DNA of 64,000 nt from an uncultured delta proteobacterium. GTDB taxonomy: Bacteria > Desulfobacterota > Desulfomonilia > UBA1062. The notes beneath the pieces were generated by a model. It was not told where the DNA came from and searched no databases. It saw only the letters and a program-made list of their open reading frames with translations. The position numbers and the translations under genes are program-made. The stretch covers positions 1-64,000 of the forward strand of contig CAVVYZ010000014.1 in assembly GCA_963752595.1 (NCBI GenBank), read 5' to 3'. This document shows, in pieces, positions 30,850 to 40,419 of this stretch (position 1 is the stretch's first letter; each line of letters begins with the position of its first letter).

Positions 30850-31410
30850 TTACTCCCTTGTATGGCAACTTCGTTGAAGGCCCGTTCCAGGGCCTTCATG
30901 TTCTTCTCGCCCAGCTTTGCGCCGAATCGCTCCAGCAAGCGGCTCCTTGATATCATCGATCGCGAGCAGCCCCGTCGCCTTGATGAACGCGCCCAGCATG
31001 GTGGTATTCACGATGGCCCTGCCCAGTTCCTCTATGGCGATCTTGTTCGCGTCCACGGTGGCTAATCTTGATGGGCTTACCTGCAGCGATTCACGATGCT
31101 CCTCAGGGCCTTTTCTTCGTATTGATGATGAGAATCCCGCCGTCGCTTCATGCCTTCAGAGGGATCGAGCAGCTCCAGAAGGCCCGGATCGAGCACGATC
31201 ACCACATCGGGATTGTAAACCTTGGCCCGGATATTGATCTTCTTGATCGTCGACCCTGCAGAAAGCGACGACCGGCGCGCCCCTGCGCTCGGGACCGAAA
31301 CTGGGGAAGGCCTGGGCGCAATTGCCTTTGTTGATCGCCGCAATGGCTATGAGCTCCGCCGAGGTGACCGCTCCCTGTCCGCCTCTCCCATGGAACCTGA
31401 TCTCCAGCAT
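30850..31410 (-). CDS. porC: Oxidoreductase gamma subunit; frameshifted
   Basis: [39 protein letters not shown]. Confidence 0.92.
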
Positions 31411-31817
31411 ACCGTCTCCTTGCAATATTCTGAATGGTGATTCATATCATCCCCGGTCACAAACTGTCAAGAAAAGATGATGCTTCCTTCCCTGAGTGAC
31501 ACATTATTTTTTCATTTCCGATGGTGTTTATCACAGTCCAATATTATATTGTATGTTCGATATTTACGGCTTTGTCAATTGAGATTAAGCATATTGACAG
31601 ACAATCCGACCTTCGCGTTCACTGTTTTATTAGATGCACCCCTTGAGAGAAAGATTCATGCAAAGAATCGGCGTTACATGCATCCTTTTCCCCTCCCCGA
31701 TGAAGAGTGCAGAACCAGATAAAATGAACGATCACTGTAAATATTCATCCTCCCAAAAGGGACTATCTTTTGCCTGACACTGGAATGCATAGGCAAGATG
31801 CCGGTTCCTTTCACACA

Positions 31818-32732
31818 TTAAAGCTGCAGGGAAGGATCGATCTGCAGCCGTTTCTTGAGGATGAAGTCATGGAACTTCTCCATGAGAGGCATGAATTTAC
31901 GTTTCTTATTATGAAGGATATAGAAATCTCTCTTTGTATTGAGATCCTTGATGTCCAATGCCACGAGACTGCCGTTTTTCTCTTCACTCCTGATGACGTT
32001 CCTGGAGAGGACCGCCACGCCTAGATTTGCTTCCACGGCCCGCTTGATACCCTCTGATGAGCTCATTTCCATGGTGACGTTGCGCTCGATGCCGTAGCGT
32101 TTGATGACATATTCGATCAATCCTCTGGTTCCGGAGCCCTCTTCCCTCAGAATGATCGGCTCGGGCTCAGAGGTGAGCATCTTCAGGGTGAGGTAGTCTC
32201 TCTTGGCCCAGCGGTGTTTCGGAGAGCACACGATCACCAGCTCGTCCTTCATGAAGAAGTCGGCATGCAGGTCAGGATGCTTGGGCGGGTCCTGGAGGAA
32301 GGCAAAATCCAGCTCGCCCGAGATACACTGCTCCAGTGCCTCCTGCCGGTTGAGGATCGTCAGTGATATGGCAGCCTTGGGGAACAGTTCCTTGAATTCG
32401 CCTAAGAATTGCGGCAGCACGTAGATGCCGACAGTATTGGAAGTCCCCAGAATGAGCTTGCCCACGTCGCCCGAGCTGAACTGGTCCATCACTGCGTTTA
32501 TTTCATCGATAAGATTCAAGAGCTTTTCGGAATAGGAGTAAAAAACCTTACCGGCATCGGTGAGCGTGATCTTCCGATTGATCCTCTCGAAAAGCTTGAC
32601 GTTGAGGGAATCTTCCAGGTCCTTTATCTGGATGCTCACGGAAGGCTGAGACAGGTGCATCTTCTTGGCCGTCTTCGTGATGCTCAAGGTCTTTGCAGCG
32701 ATGTTAAAGATATTGACCTGGTGAATATTCAT
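31818..32732 (-). CDS. LysR family transcriptional regulator (CysL/CmpR-like)
   Basis: SITKTAKKMHLSQPSVSIQIKDLE HTH, LTDAG, REEGSGTR. Confidence 0.93.
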   Translation of the reverse strand: MNIHQVNIFNIAAKTLSITKTAKKMHLSQPSVSIQIKDLEDSLNVKLFERINRKITLTDAGKVFYSYSEKLLNLIDEINAVMDQFSSGDVGKLILGTSNTVGIYVLPQFLGEFKELFPKAAISLTILNRQEALEQCISGELDFAFLQDPPKHPDLHADFFMKDELVIVCSPKHRWAKRDYLTLKMLTSEPEPIILREEGSGTRGLIEYVIKRYGIERNVTMEMSSSEGIKRAVEANLGVAVLSRNVIRSEEKNGSLVALDIKDLNTKRDFYILHNKKRKFMPLMEKFHDFILKKRLQIDPSLQL

Positions 32733-32786
32733 CTAATCCCCGTACCTGATTTACTTTTCTTTAAGCGTACCATAAGATAATACTAT

Positions 32787-32816
32787 TTGACACAGATAAA
32801 ATAGGCGTTATATGTG
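32787..32816 (+). promoter_or_regulatory. Sigma-70 promoter candidate divergent from lysR
   Basis: Perfect TTGACA at 32787; imperfect -10 (TATATG at 16 bp or TATGTG at 18 bp). Confidence 0.45.
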
Positions 32817-32819
32817 GGC

Positions 32820-32903
32820 ATTAGCCTATAGCATTTCTTTCAAGGGCTATAGACCTCCTTTTTGGGCCCACTACCACCTCTTATTGAGTGGGCCTTTTTT
32901 TTT
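32820..32903 (+). ncRNA. Candidate small RNA of about 85 nt with an exposed anti-Shine-Dalgarno motif
   Basis: Hairpin CTATAGC...GCTATAG (32826-32852), unpaired ACCTCCTT, terminator GGCCCACT...AGTGGGCC followed by nine T. Confidence 0.5.
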
Positions 32904-32917
32904 GCTAAGATAGTCAA

Positions 32918-33610
32918 ATGGCAAAAAAAGAGGAACCCTTCCACGGCCCCTTCAAGAAACTCAAAGGGGTAAAAATACCGCCCAAGAAGGCGGCACCCCC
33001 TCTGGAAAAGAATCCTGCACCCTGCATACGGGATTCCGAGGAGTGCGATTTGTTCGAGCATGCCATGAAAGGGGTTACCCCCATGGACAACGACCTGATC
33101 GCACTGGAGCCCGTCGACCGGAAAGCACTGGTAAGCTCGATCCAGGAAAGTCTGAAGCGCCAGGACCAGGAGGTCATCGATACCCTCCATGGGCTCGTCA
33201 GGGGAACCGCGAGATTCGATATCACCTGCACAGGCGAATATCTGGAAGGCCACGCCATTCCCATGGATCCAAGCACCTTGAGAAAACTCAAAGCCGGGGA
33301 ATTCACCATCCAGGCCCATCTCGACCTGCACGGCCATACGAAGGAGGCGGCAGGGCAGGCACTGCAGTCCTTCCTCCTCAACTCCCATGCCCTGGGCTAC
33401 CGGGTGGTGCTCATCATCCACGGCAGGGGGCTGAAATCGAGCGAAGGCCCTGTGCTCAAAGAATATCTTGTCAGGTGGCTCACTACCGGCAGCCTCTCGC
33501 ATCTCGTCCTGGCCTTCTGCTCGGCCAGACCCTGCGACGGCGGCACCGGCGCGCTTTACGTCCTGCTGAAAAGGCGGCCGAAAAAGTCTAAATTCAAGCG
33601 GCCGTTGTAA
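32918..33610 (+). CDS. Smr/MutS2 C-terminal domain protein
   Basis: LDLHG, IIHGRG.KS, PVLK, DGGTGALYVLL. Confidence 0.92.
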   Translation: MAKKEEPFHGPFKKLKGVKIPPKKAAPPLEKNPAPCIRDSEECDLFEHAMKGVTPMDNDLIALEPVDRKALVSSIQESLKRQDQEVIDTLHGLVRGTARFDITCTGEYLEGHAIPMDPSTLRKLKAGEFTIQAHLDLHGHTKEAAGQALQSFLLNSHALGYRVVLIIHGRGLKSSEGPVLKEYLVRWLTTGSLSHLVLAFCSARPCDGGTGALYVLLKRRPKKSKFKRPL

Positions 33611-33619
33611 AGGCAATGC

Positions 33620-34570
33620 TCAGGGTCTTGAAATGATCTCTTTGAGCCTGAAGAGCAGATCGCTCATTGCGACACGCTGATTGATATTCTCGTTCACACC
33701 CTTGCGGATATCCCGGATGCAGAGCGCTATCTCTTCCGCACCCCCGCTATTGATGCCGTGCAGAACCATCTCCCGCAGTTCATCGTTGATGATGCAATCA
33801 CCCCCGTGGGAAAGCACAAGAAGATCCCTCAGGATCGATTCCGCCACGAGGAGAAAGACAGAGAGCGTTTCAGCTCCCTGTTCCGTATCCGAGAAATACC
33901 GGTTGACCAGCCTCGCAGGGTCGCCTTCCCGGAGCTCCTGGAGAATCCCCGCCCTCACTTCGAGCAGGTACCCTGCATCTCCAGCGGGCAGGCCTCCCAT
34001 GGTCCCGGATGTCAGGCGCAACAGCACGGGGTCCAGAGAACTCTTTGCAGCAGCAGATGCATCCAGAGGCGCGAACCGTATTATCCGGCAGCGCGAGACG
34101 ATTGTAGGCAGCAACAGCGACGGCTTATGACTGATCAGGATGATGAGAGAGCCGTCCGGAGGTTCTTCGAGGGTTTTGAGCAGGGCATTGGAGCTCGCCT
34201 TGTTCATCCGTTCTGCGGGTTCTATAATGATGAACCTTGTCTTTGCCTCGAAAGGTTTGAGCCCGACCTCCGTGATCATCTTGCGGATGTCCTCGACCAC
34301 TATCCAGCCGTTTGACGGCCCCACCAAGACAAAGTCGGGGTGAGATTCATTCGAGGCCTTCAGGCATGTGCGACAGGAATCGCAAGGGTCTCCGGGCGAT
34401 GAAGAGCAGTTGACCGCCTTGAAAAATTCCCGGGCTGTCTTTGTTTTCCCGAGGCCCGGAGGCCCGGCAAAGAGAAACGCATGGGGCACATGGCCGGATT
34501 GGATATAGCCTTTGAGCTCCGAAATCTGGTTCTCACAGCCGATGATTTCCTTCCACATGGCATTCATCAT
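33620..34570 (-). CDS. holB: DNA polymerase III delta-prime subunit
   Basis: HAFLFAGPPGLGK, zinc Cys cluster, HPD, NALLKTLEEP, LLPTIVSRC. Confidence 0.9.
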   Translation of the reverse strand: MMNAMWKEIIGCENQISELKGYIQSGHVPHAFLFAGPPGLGKTKTAREFFKAVNCSSSPGDPCDSCRTCLKASNESHPDFVLVGPSNGWIVVEDIRKMITEVGLKPFEAKTRFIIIEPAERMNKASSNALLKTLEEPPDGSLIILISHKPSLLLPTIVSRCRIIRFAPLDASAAAKSSLDPVLLRLTSGTMGGLPAGDAGYLLEVRAGILQELREGDPARLVNRYFSDTEQGAETLSVFLLVAESILRDLLVLSHGGDCIINDELREMVLHGINSGGAEEIALCIRDIRKGVNENINQRVAMSDLLFRLKEIISRP

Positions 34571-34674
34571 ATATCAAGCTCTGAATGCAAAGCAATCCCG
34601 TTGTCCGGCTTGACTTGCCTACATGTTTTCAGATAATAGCCTATGCTCTATATTGGTCATGGAAGGGAGAACAG

Positions 34675-36759
34675 ATGAGGCGATATCGGACTGAGAACTT
34701 AAGGGATGTAGTCATTCTATCTCACTCGGGATCGGGTAAGACTTCTTTGGGTGAGGCGCTCCTGTTTAATGCGAAAGCGACTACACGGCTGGGGAAAGTA
34801 CTGGAAGGCAACTCCGTTCTGGATTTCGAACCCGAAGAGCAGAAGCGGCAGTCGTCCATTTTCAGCGCGCTCCATAATTATAAGTGGAAAAACATCGGAG
34901 TGACCATTCTCGACACCCCCGGCGACTCGAACTTTTCCTCGGAGGCTATCCTCGGACTGAAATCATCCGATAATGCACTTGTTGTCATCGATGCCATCGA
35001 TTCGATCAAACCCCACTCAGAAAACTTGTGGAACCTTGTCAAGAAAGAAGGACTCGCGGCTTTCTGTTTCATTAACAAGATGGATCGAGAGCGTGCCGAT
35101 TTCGACCAGGTCCTTAAAGATATCCAGGAGGTATTCGAGATAAAGCCCCTGATCCTGACTTTGCCCATCGGCGCGGAAGAAAACTTCAAAGGCGTGGTCG
35201 ATGTGCTCAGAAACAAGGCGCTTATCTTTGAGAAGGACGGATCGGGCAAGTTCACTGAGACGGATATCCCGGCCGACATGAAGGATACGACCGAAGAGAC
35301 ATACGGCAGGGTAGTGGAAGATCTCGCAGAGGTGGATGACGCCCTGATGGAAAAGTACCTCGAAGGCAGTGACCTGACCTCCGAGGAGCTTGCCAGTGCC
35401 TTGTCCGCAGGACTCGCACGAGGCGTATTCCTCCCGGTCTTTGCCGGTTCGGCCCTGCTGAATATGGGGGTGCAGCCGCTGATGGACTTCATAAACAACT
35501 CCGGTATAACCCCACTGAACAGAACGCTGCCCGAGCTGACGAACAAGCAGGGTGAAAAGCGGGAGCTCGCGGCAAGTGAAGACCAGATATTCTGCGGATA
35601 CGTATTCAAGACCATGAGCGACCCCTACACAGGGACCTTGAGCATCATCCGCTGTTATTCGGGAAAATTGACTCCCGACTCTTCCGTCTTCAACTCATCC
35701 CGCGGCGTAAAGGAAAGAATCGGAACCCTCCTGCTCCTGGAAGGAAAGGCGCAGAAGCCCCTGGAGGATATCGGCCCCGGGGATATCTTCGCCATCGCAA
35801 AACTGAAAGAGACCAAGACAGGGGATACCCTCCTGAGCGAGTCGTTGAACTTCGTGCTGCCCTCGCCCGAGTTCCCGGAAACCATTATGAACATGGCCGT
35901 GAACCCCAAGACGAAGGCGGATGTGGAAAAGATCATGCCCGCCATGCAGAAGCTCATGGATGAAGACCCGGTGCTCACGGTATATCGTGACGAGCAGACA
36001 GGCGAGTTTATCATTTCGGGTTTGGGTCAGCTCCATATCGAGATCGCCGTGGACAGACTGAAACGGAGGTTCGGCGTTGAGGTCGAACTGAAAACCCCCC
36101 GGGTCCCTTACAAAGAGACCATAACCGGCACCTGCAGAGTCCAGGGCAAACACAAAAAACAGACAGGCGGCCACGGACAGTACGGCGACTGCTGGATAAA
36201 GGTGGAACCCCAGGAGAGAGGAAAGGGCTTTGAATTCGTAAACGCCATCGTGGGCGGCGTCATTCCCAAGACATACATCCCTGCCGTGGAAAAGGGAGTG
36301 GTTGAATCCATGCAGCACGGCCCACTGACCGGAAATCCCGTGGTGGACATAAGAGTGACTTTGGATTTCGGCTCCTACCACGACGTGGACTCCTCGGAAA
36401 TGGCGTTCAAGATAGCCGGATCGCTCGCATTCAAGAAGGCCATGGAAGAATGCCGCCCCATCCTGCTGGAGCCCATCATGAACATTACGGTCGTGATCCC
36501 TGAGGAAACCATGGGCGATATCATGGGAGATCTCAACACCAGACGTGCCAAGATAGAAGGCATGAACGCCCGCGGGAAATACCAGGAGCTCAAGGCACAT
36601 GTACCGCTCGCAGAAGTGCTCACCTATGCCCCGAACCTCACCTCGCTGACCTCGGGAAGAGGCACCTATACCATGAGCTTCTCCCACATGGAGCCTGTCC
36701 CGTTCAATATCCAGGAGAAAATCGTTGCAGAGGTGAAAGCAGAGAAAGATGGAAAATAG
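34675..36759 (+). CDS. fusA: Elongation factor G paralog (EF-G2 type)
   Basis: SHSGSGKT, DTPGD, NKMD, GLGQLHIE, KKQTGGHGQY, GSYHDVDSSEMAF; not in the str operon; start after GGGAG RBS. Confidence 0.92.
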   Translation: MRRYRTENLRDVVILSHSGSGKTSLGEALLFNAKATTRLGKVLEGNSVLDFEPEEQKRQSSIFSALHNYKWKNIGVTILDTPGDSNFSSEAILGLKSSDNALVVIDAIDSIKPHSENLWNLVKKEGLAAFCFINKMDRERADFDQVLKDIQEVFEIKPLILTLPIGAEENFKGVVDVLRNKALIFEKDGSGKFTETDIPADMKDTTEETYGRVVEDLAEVDDALMEKYLEGSDLTSEELASALSAGLARGVFLPVFAGSALLNMGVQPLMDFINNSGITPLNRTLPELTNKQGEKRELAASEDQIFCGYVFKTMSDPYTGTLSIIRCYSGKLTPDSSVFNSSRGVKERIGTLLLLEGKAQKPLEDIGPGDIFAIAKLKETKTGDTLLSESLNFVLPSPEFPETIMNMAVNPKTKADVEKIMPAMQKLMDEDPVLTVYRDEQTGEFIISGLGQLHIEIAVDRLKRRFGVEVELKTPRVPYKETITGTCRVQGKHKKQTGGHGQYGDCWIKVEPQERGKGFEFVNAIVGGVIPKTYIPAVEKGVVESMQHGPLTGNPVVDIRVTLDFGSYHDVDSSEMAFKIAGSLAFKKAMEECRPILLEPIMNITVVIPEETMGDIMGDLNTRRAKIEGMNARGKYQELKAHVPLAEVLTYAPNLTSLTSGRGTYTMSFSHMEPVPFNIQEKIVAEVKAEKDGK

Positions 36760-37183
36760 CGGAGCAGATGCAACAAAGAATTTGTTCCAGTCAATACAGG
36801 CCATGAGCGTGTCCGAAAAGCTGGATCTCGCTCACAAGGGCAGCAAGGAAGCCAGGACCATCCTCATGCGGGATCCGAACAAGCTGGTACAGCTTGCGGT
36901 CATCCAGTCGCCGAAGATCACGGAAGGCGAGGTGCTGATGGTCGCAAACAACAGGCAAGTCAACGAAGAAGTGCTCAAGCACATTACGGTCAACCGCGAA
37001 TGGCTGAGGAATTACCAGATCAGGGTCGCCCTTGCCAACAATCCCAAGACCCCGCTGCCGGAGGCAATGAAACAGGTCGCATTTCTCAAACAGCGGGAGC
37101 TTGAGCATCTGGCAAAGTCCAAAGGTGTCCCGAGGGCGCTGGTGATCCTTGCCCAGCAGCGCCTGAAGCAGGTGAAAAAATGA
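36749..37183 (+). CDS. Conserved hypothetical helical protein
   Basis: Overlaps both neighbours; EARTILMRDPNKLV and ALANNPKTP motifs. Confidence 0.75.
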   Translation: MENSGADATKNLFQSIQAMSVSEKLDLAHKGSKEARTILMRDPNKLVQLAVIQSPKITEGEVLMVANNRQVNEEVLKHITVNREWLRNYQIRVALANNPKTPLPEAMKQVAFLKQRELEHLAKSKGVPRALVILAQQRLKQVKK

Positions 37184-37668
37184 AAAGAGCAGGCGTACTC
37201 ACCTTAAGCGACAAGGGCTCGAAAGGACAAAGGGAAGACAAAAGCGGCGAAATCGTCCAGTCCATACTCGAAGGCTTAAAGATTTCCATCGAGCGCTACG
37301 AGATCATCCCGGACGAGACCGAGCTCATCAGGGGCATGCTCGTTTCCTGGGCAGATGAACTCTGCCTGGATCTTATCGTGACGACGGGAGGCACCGGACT
37401 TTCTCCCAGAGACGTAACCCCTGAAGCCACACTCGCCGTAATCGATAAACGCGTCCCCGGCATGGAAGAAGTCATGCGGAGCGTCAGCCTTCAAAAAACC
37501 CCCCATGCCATGATTTCGAGGGCGGTCGTGGGAGTCAGGAACAGAACACTGGTCATCAACCTCCCCGGCAGCCCTGCAGGCGCACGGGAATGCCTGGAGA
37601 GCGTGGCGCCGGCATTGACGCATGCCCTGTCGAAGCTCGGCGGCGACATGAGTGATTGTGCCTCTTAG
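37180..37668 (+). CDS. mog: MogA/MoaB molybdopterin adenylyltransferase
   Basis: TLSD, TTGGTGLSPRDVTPEAT, SRAVVG, NLPGSP. Confidence 0.92.
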   Translation: MKRAGVLTLSDKGSKGQREDKSGEIVQSILEGLKISIERYEIIPDETELIRGMLVSWADELCLDLIVTTGGTGLSPRDVTPEATLAVIDKRVPGMEEVMRSVSLQKTPHAMISRAVVGVRNRTLVINLPGSPAGARECLESVAPALTHALSKLGGDMSDCAS

Positions 37669-37754
37669 AAAATGACAGATCTTGGGGATTAAAGAAACTA
37701 CCCGCCATTACCGATCCGGCTGTAAGTATTAATTTCTTTTCTTGGAGGATTGCG

Positions 37755-39230
37755 TTGAGGCTGAGAAGAGATCCCCGTTACCTGTCCGATCCCGATGAAT
37801 CGGGCAAAACGGTCCGGTTTCATGACTTTCAGGGCACCGAACGCACCTGTACGGTCAGGGACTTCTCAAGGACGGGGTTGTCTTTCCTTTTGCAGGACGG
37901 AAGCCTTATTTTCCGCATCGGCGACATTATCTCAGAGCTCTCTCTCTTCTCGCACAACCAGAAAGTACACTCCGATACCGCTACGATCATCCATATCCAG
38001 GACGAATACCATGACGGAAAGGTCATATCCCGGATCGGCTGCCGTTTCGAGAATGTCATGGACATCTCCACGATCATCAAGGGAGACAAGGTCACCCGGC
38101 TGAAGAACGAATACTTGGACTTTATCCAGTCCCTGGCAGTGGAAGATAATCTCGATGAAGAGTTCGTTCACCTTACCTCCCATCTCCACTATCTCCTCAC
38201 CAACTTCAGAAACAAGCTCAAGGAAGAGGAGGAAAAAATCAGCAGCGAAGAGGAGAATATCAGGAAGGCGCTTTACGATACGCTACGGTCTTTGACCTTT
38301 AATGTCATCAATGACGTTACCTTGAAATATTGCAATCAATTCACAAATCTCACTGATAAGTTTACAGATTCCAAGCAGCATTTTATCCATCGCGAATATT
38401 TCCAGAAATTGCTCAACGAATTTTTCATGACCTCGGTGTTATTCCGGAGGGCATACACAAAGCCGCTGGGATATGCCGGTGATTACGAGATGATGAATAT
38501 CACGTACCGGAACGATTTCGAAGGTGAGAATCTCTTCTCCCAGGTCATGAACAAGGTAGACTGCGAGGGATCGGCTGCAAAGGCTGTCCGGAACCGGCGC
38601 GAGTATCTGTGCCGGAAGGTCTTGTCCCTGTACGATTCCCTGCCCGAAGGCAGCACCTGCAAAATCGTCAGCGTCGCCTGCGGTCCCTGCGTGGAAATCC
38701 ATGACTTTCTCCTCGCCGTCAGGGAAAAGCAAAAGCCGGTGAAATTGGAACTCCTTGCTATGGATCAGGACACTCATGCCCTCGAGGATGCAAAGCAGCG
38801 ACTCATTCCCCTAGCCGAGACGTTAGCCGATGTCAGTATGAAATTCGCCGAGGACAATATCAAGAATCTTATTCTGGGAAGGAACAAGGAAAAAATCCAT
38901 TATTCCCATGCCGATCTTATCTATACCGCAGGACTGTGCGACTACCTGTCCCCCAATGCAGTCAGCAGGCTCATCCTTGAATTATATCGCCACCTGAAGC
39001 CGGGCGGGACACTTATTATCGGAAATTTCGGGATATACAACCCGCAGAGATTCAAGATGGAGTACGGGTCGGAATGGTTCCTGATCCACAGGAGCGAAGA
39101 AGATCTCAAGAGCCTTGCCGCCGGCCTGCCTGAGGACGTGATGATCCGCGTCGAGAAAGAACCCGAAGGCGTCAATCTGTTCCTCAATGTCACCAAACCG
39201 GCCTCTGAAATCATGACTCTCACAGAGTAA
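37755..39230 (+). CDS. PilZ domain fused to a class I SAM-dependent methyltransferase (PhcB-like)
   Basis: TTG start after GGAGG; RRDPR and DFSRTG PilZ motifs; KPLGYAGDYEMM, SVACGP, DQD, AGLCDYL, LKPGG.LIIGNF. Confidence 0.75.
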   Translation: MRLRRDPRYLSDPDESGKTVRFHDFQGTERTCTVRDFSRTGLSFLLQDGSLIFRIGDIISELSLFSHNQKVHSDTATIIHIQDEYHDGKVISRIGCRFENVMDISTIIKGDKVTRLKNEYLDFIQSLAVEDNLDEEFVHLTSHLHYLLTNFRNKLKEEEEKISSEEENIRKALYDTLRSLTFNVINDVTLKYCNQFTNLTDKFTDSKQHFIHREYFQKLLNEFFMTSVLFRRAYTKPLGYAGDYEMMNITYRNDFEGENLFSQVMNKVDCEGSAAKAVRNRREYLCRKVLSLYDSLPEGSTCKIVSVACGPCVEIHDFLLAVREKQKPVKLELLAMDQDTHALEDAKQRLIPLAETLADVSMKFAEDNIKNLILGRNKEKIHYSHADLIYTAGLCDYLSPNAVSRLILELYRHLKPGGTLIIGNFGIYNPQRFKMEYGSEWFLIHRSEEDLKSLAAGLPEDVMIRVEKEPEGVNLFLNVTKPASEIMTLTE

Positions 39231-39300
39231 CCTGAAAAGGCCCGGGGGGGGGTTAGCCCTCGAACCATGAGTGGTGCAAGAATACGGTTTCATGAAACAA

Positions 39301-39334
39301 AATGGTGCCGGTCCGTCACCGGCCCGGCACCATT
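39301..39334. terminator. Hairpin between convergent methyltransferase and pal genes
   Basis: AATGGTGCCGG ... CCGGCACCATT, preceded by an A run. Confidence 0.65.
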
Positions 39335-39417
39335 CAAGCTGTGAAAAAAAGCTTTAACGGTTAAATTCTGATCATCCTATGCAAACATCAGAAGCTGAAC
39401 AATCCTGCTGGCTGTTG

Positions 39418-39969
39418 CTACTTGTTGGCAATGATGAACTGGTCATTTCTATTTTTGGCCCAGGCCTTTTCATCATGACCCGGATCTACGGGCCTTTCCT
39501 CACCATAACTGACCGTGGTGATACGCCCTTTGGAAATGCCCAGGGATATGAGATACTCCTGCGATGACCTTGCCCTCCGCTCTCCAAGGGCCAAGTTATA
39601 CTCGGTTGTACCCCTCTCATCGCAGTTCCCCTGGATCCTTAAGGCCATGTCGGGATGATCCTTCAGGAAAGCAGCCTTGCTTTTAAGAATATCTTCTGCC
39701 TGGGGACTGAGCGTGAACCTGTCATAATCAAAATATACGTACGTATTCTCGAAGTCCGCGATCTTGTCTTCCAGACCTGCCGTATCGGCACGTGCGGGCG
39801 TCTCGCCCACCTCTCCGCCCTGCTGTGTGCCTGAAGGCTGCGCCATCATCATTTCCTGCTGGGTGGAAGACTGAATCTCCTCCGCAGGCTTCTTCTGCGC
39901 ACAGCCGCCGATGAAAAGCGCCACCCCGATTATGCAAAAGACGGTCATGCCCATGCCTTTTTTCTTCAT
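39418..39969 (-). CDS. pal: Peptidoglycan-associated lipoprotein
   Basis: Lipobox IGGC; VYFDYD, GNCDERGTTEYNLALGERRA, SYGEERP. Confidence 0.95.
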   Translation of the reverse strand: MKKKGMGMTVFCIIGVALFIGGCAQKKPAEEIQSSTQQEMMMAQPSGTQQGGEVGETPARADTAGLEDKIADFENTYVYFDYDRFTLSPQAEDILKSKAAFLKDHPDMALRIQGNCDERGTTEYNLALGERRARSSQEYLISLGISKGRITTVSYGEERPVDPGHDEKAWAKNRNDQFIIANK

Positions 39970-40419
39970 ACATCACCTCCGTGAGAGTTCCTGGGTAAAG
40001 TCCCAGAATATATTTTCATGCTCATGGTCCGATGCCTTGAATGAGCCGTGCCGCAAGCTTTAGCCGCTTTCGCCTTTCGCTTCCGTAGAAAATCGAACTG
40101 TCGCATCCGTCTTATCGGATGTCGGCCCGACCATCTCTGCCCTCCGGCAGATCTCCGGACCCTACTTATTCAGGTTGTGCCTTTTGCCATATTTGGGGTG
40201 TTGCGTCAAGACGCAAAAACCACTCATATACGATAATATAAGGAATCTATTACCTTTTCCCCAGGGACATGATATGCTTGATGTCAACATGATCCACTCT
40301 GTCTTTCTCTTGAGCCTTGGCTTCCGGTATGCGCTTCTCACTGCGCCCGGGCAGGTATCGGCCCGGATGCGATTGCGGCTGTTCCCGCAAAAGGACTAGG
40401 AATACGGACACACAGGCCT

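Noticed and set aside
35695-36804. 369-aa antisense ORF, and similar long shadow ORFs at 28477..29322, 32840..33616 and 53812..54750
   Set aside because: They lie opposite well-supported genes, lack motifs and are expected from codon bias.
40110-40195. c-di-GMP-I (GEMM) riboswitch upstream of pal
   Set aside because: GGCAAA and AGGGTC...GATGGTCGGG resemble parts of it, but the P2 GNRA hairpin and GCAAA/GGAAA junction are missing.
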